Source: Candidatus Poribacteria bacterium
Lineage (GTDB): Bacteria; Poribacteria; WGA-4E; PCPOR2b
Assembly: GCA_965198175.1 (NCBI GenBank)
Contig: OZ240245.1
Location: forward strand, 896,001 to 960,000
Length of the DNA stretch: 64,000 nucleotides
Direction of reading: 5' to 3'
How positions within the stretch are numbered: position 1 is the first letter of the stretch; each line of letters starts with the position of its first letter. Below, in pieces: positions 62,774-64,000 of the stretch. Under the pieces are notes generated by a model that was not told where the DNA came from, searched no databases, and saw only the letters and a program-made list of their open reading frames with translations. Both the position numbers and the translations under genes were made by a program.

Positions 62774-63133
62774 TAGATGTCCTCCGCTACAATCTGGCGG
62801 TTCGGGTTGAAATGGACGATTTATTTTCCCAACGCGCTATTGGATGCATTCTACCATCTGAGGGGATAAGTGTCAATATTTTTGAACCCGCCGGAATATA
62901 TCTTTGAAGCGTCTTCAGTCCGATGCATCCGCCTGAGTTCGGAGCTTTCTCTGCTCGCAGATGAAGCGCACTATATGATTGACACCGACCCCAATCATGC
63001 TATAATGAAAACTGTGTCTCCTGACACGCCGGTTTTCTCATTGATGAAATACAGCGACTCTGGTACAATGGAAAAATGCGGGTTGTGATGACGCAATCAA
63101 AGGCGGTGCGAAGGAAACGTTGAGGAGGCAATC

Positions 63134-64000
63134 TTGCATAGTTATCTGAAATTCAAGTTACCTGTTGGGTATAATCAAGAGCGTTTGATTCGTGAATCGG
63201 CTGATACTTCGTACTCCACCAATGAGGAACAATCTATCACAGAGCGTTTTACAATTTTCGATACCTTCGACTGGCGATTATTCAATAATTCTCTTGCCTT
63301 GTATGCTCGCGGAAGCGACCTCGTTTTACACCATCTGTCTGAAAACACGATGATTGAAGGTGCACATATCCGCTCTCAACCGGTTTTTATATGGGATTTT
63401 CCCGATAGCCGATTGAAAGAATTACTGGCGCCGATTATAAAAGTACGAGCGCTTCTTAAGCGTGCGGAAATCGTTTCTCATTCAACTTCCTACCGCGTCT
63501 TGAACCCCGACCAAAAAACAGTCGCGCGATTCGATCACGAAGAGTTCAGACTTAAACCAGACATCGTGTCAGCCCATTTGACCTTGAAGCAGGTTCGAGG
63601 ATATCGGGGATACTTCCGAACGTTGGTCAACCAATTCAACGACATGGGATTTCCAACAATTGGGGAAGAAGATGTCTATCTTGAAATCTTGGAAGCGGTT
63701 AATCAGAAGCCGGGAGATTATTCTACAAAGTTAAAGATACAACTCAACCCCAATATGCGTGCTGATGATGCGACTAAGATTGTCCTGCGGTTCTTACTGA
63801 AAATCATCAAATGCAATGAGGAGGGCATCAAGGCGGATCTTGACACCGAATTTCTGCACGATTTTCGCGTCGCTATCCGCCGGACTCGATCCGCTTTAAG
63901 TCAGATTAAGTCTGTGTTCCCAGAGGATACAACTGTGCGATTTCGGCGTGAGTTCGCTGCTTTGGGCAAACTCTCGAATTCTCTGCGGGATTTGGATGTT
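63134..64000 (+). CDS. CYTH-like/CHAD domain protein, 5' part (runs off the window)
   Basis: Not in the ORF track; GAGGAGG SD plus TTG; FDTFDWRLF and DTEFLHDFRVAIRRTRSAL motifs read by hand. Confidence 0.85.
   Translation, partial: MHSYLKFKLPVGYNQERLIRESADTSYSTNEEQSITERFTIFDTFDWRLFNNSLALYARGSDLVLHHLSENTMIEGAHIRSQPVFIWDFPDSRLKELLAPIIKVRALLKRAEIVSHSTSYRVLNPDQKTVARFDHEEFRLKPDIVSAHLTLKQVRGYRGYFRTLVNQFNDMGFPTIGEEDVYLEILEAVNQKPGDYSTKLKIQLNPNMRADDATKIVLRFLLKIIKCNEEGIKADLDTEFLHDFRVAIRRTRSALSQIKSVFPEDTTVRFRREFAALGKLSNSLRDLDV

Overview
Bacterial chromosomal window of about 48-50% GC (estimated by eye). The gene repertoire (several PhyH dioxygenases, ECF sigma factors with long C-terminal extensions, futalosine-pathway mqnC) suggests Candidatus Poribacteria or a similar lineage; this is an inference. 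1-7.1 kb: a type III-A CRISPR-Cas effector operon (cas10-csm2-csm3-csm4-csm5) followed by a DUF1874/Crn2-like gene and the start of a Csx1-like CARF gene, with a csx3 upstream. No array or cas1/2/6 is in view. 7.7-37 kb: mostly housekeeping genes (tatAC, yggS-proC-yggT, lspA, def-fmt, rpe, actP, mqnC, purC, wcaJ-like), one apparently intact IS3 and small MITE/REP repeats. 37-46.6 kb: an accessory, partly decaying region (integrase remnant, lipoproteins, cupins, RraA, broken SDR, aldolase, epimerase). 46.7-61.4 kb, the most interesting part: a tandem array of six membrane-anchored ECF sigma factor fusions ending at the 3' end of rarA. Each unit has its own ECF-type promoter whose -35/-10 bases co-vary with that unit's DNA-recognition residues, an internal Shine-Dalgarno plus in-frame ATG downstream of the sigma domain, a C-terminal domain with constant frameworks and hypervariable inserts, and the same terminator hairpin. 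Modules appear shuffled between units. This looks like a recombination-diversified bank of orthogonal trans-membrane sensor/sigma switches. The window ends in a partial CHAD-domain gene.
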